Assembly: GCA_951406725.2 (NCBI GenBank)
Contig: OX597827.1
Coordinates: 71,300,001-71,364,000, forward strand
Origin: Octopus vulgaris
Taxonomy: Eukaryota
Reading direction: 5' to 3'
DNA length: 64,000 nt
Below, one piece after another: positions 62,743 to 64,000 of the stretch. The first letter of the stretch is position 1. Each line of letters starts with the position of its first letter. The translations under genes and the position numbers were made by a program. Under the pieces are notes generated by a model. That model saw nothing but the letters and a program-made list of their open reading frames with translations, was not told the origin of the DNA and searched no databases.

Positions 62743-63404
62743 CATCATCACCATCATCATCATTTAACATCCGTTTTCCTTACTGGCATAAATTTGGCAG
62801 TTTGGTAGGAGCTGGCAAGACCAGGGACTGCACCTGGTTCCATAGCTTGTTTTGGTATGGTTTCTACAGCTGGAAGCCCTTCACAATGCCAACCACTTTA
62901 CAGAGTGTACTGGGTGCTTTGTACATGGCATTGAAATATCTCTGCAGTGAGAAGCAGGAAATATCACTTAAATCTGATAAAGAAAGGTAGGGGAGGCAAC
63001 TCTGAAATCACAACATGAGAATTATAACTGCAGTCAGGAGAAGTGCTTCCTTGTTAGAAGCAGCAGCCAAATTTCCCTCAAGGCACCACACCATCTTAAA
63101 AAAAAATAGGACAGGACACATTAAATAAGGTTCTTGCAGTTATATTCTTGAAAGACAAGCTGGTCACAGCTGGAATACTTTTGATCATTGTCACTGCATT
63201 GTATGTTTGAGCAAGTCGACTTGCACCCGTTTGCCAGGATACAAAACAAAAAAATGGTTTTTCACTCCTACTTCATGGTTCAGTGGTTAGTGATAAGGGA
63301 AAAAAACATGCAACCTGTAGGAGGAATTGATTCAGCAGAAACATCCCACCAATGAAGACACAAAGAAACGGATGTAAAATACCATCTCACAAATACACAT
63401 GTAA

Positions 63405-63625
63405 AGCAAATACATACATATATATATACTTATATATACATATATATATACTCATATATACATATATATACATACATACTTATATATACATACATATATA
63501 TACATATATATATACATATATATACATATATATATACACATACATTTATATACATATATATACACATACATGTATACACATACATATATATACACATACA
63601 TATATACATATATATACATACATAT
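63405..63625. repeat. (TA/CA)n compound microsatellite
   Basis: Direct inspection. Confidence 0.95.
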
Positions 63626-64000
63626 AATATTCATCCTCATCATTGTTTAACGTCCGCTTTCCATGCTGGCAAGGGTTGGACAGTTTGACTGAGGACTGGA
63701 GAGCCAGATGGCTGCACCAGGCTCAAATCTGATCTGACAGTTTCTACAGCTTGATGCCCTTCCTAACGCCAACCACCCCGAGAGTGTAGTGGATGCTTTT
63801 ACATGCCACTGGCACAAGGGCCATTCAGACAGTACAGGCGACAGCCACGTTCAAATTGTGTTTTTTATGTGCCACCTGCACAGGAACCACTCCAGCGGCA
63901 TTGGCAATGATTTCACTCAGATGTTGTTTTTCACGTGCCAGTAAGATAATGCGGGTTACAATCACACTCGAATGGTGCATTTTATGTGCCACTGGCACGG

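Noticed and set aside
58300-64000. Possible third protein-coding gene
   Set aside because: Only repeats and low-complexity sequence; no consistent exon chain found.

Overview
AT-rich, repeat-dense animal DNA, most likely from Octopus or a related coleoid cephalopod (inferred from the SINE families, microsatellite load and a single-coding-exon C2H2 zinc-finger gene). Two protein-coding genes lie on the minus strand. (1) A multi-exon SLF2/FAM178-family gene (SMC5/6 localisation factor), assembled by hand from 14 phase-compatible GT-AG exons between 32629 and 1354 (about 406 codons; no stop found, so it probably continues off the left edge). (2) A 788-aa C2H2 zinc-finger gene (45218-47584) with 11 fingers, a poly-Asn tail and a long acidic N-terminal array of about 16 tandem 22/27-aa repeats that appear derived from the finger linker. 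Between them are a degenerate tRNA-Lys(TTT) and a weak chain of possible extra exons. The rest is at least four SINE families, non-autonomous Helitrons, nested mariners, hAT, piggyBac-like and foldback MITEs, CR1/RTE/Merlin remnants, and Penelope-type minimal hammerhead motifs. All homology calls are from recalled motifs, not database searches. No wholly new multi-gene system is demonstrable. The best leads are the zinc-finger repeat domain, the multimeric SINE, the hammerheads and a duplicated SLF2 exon.
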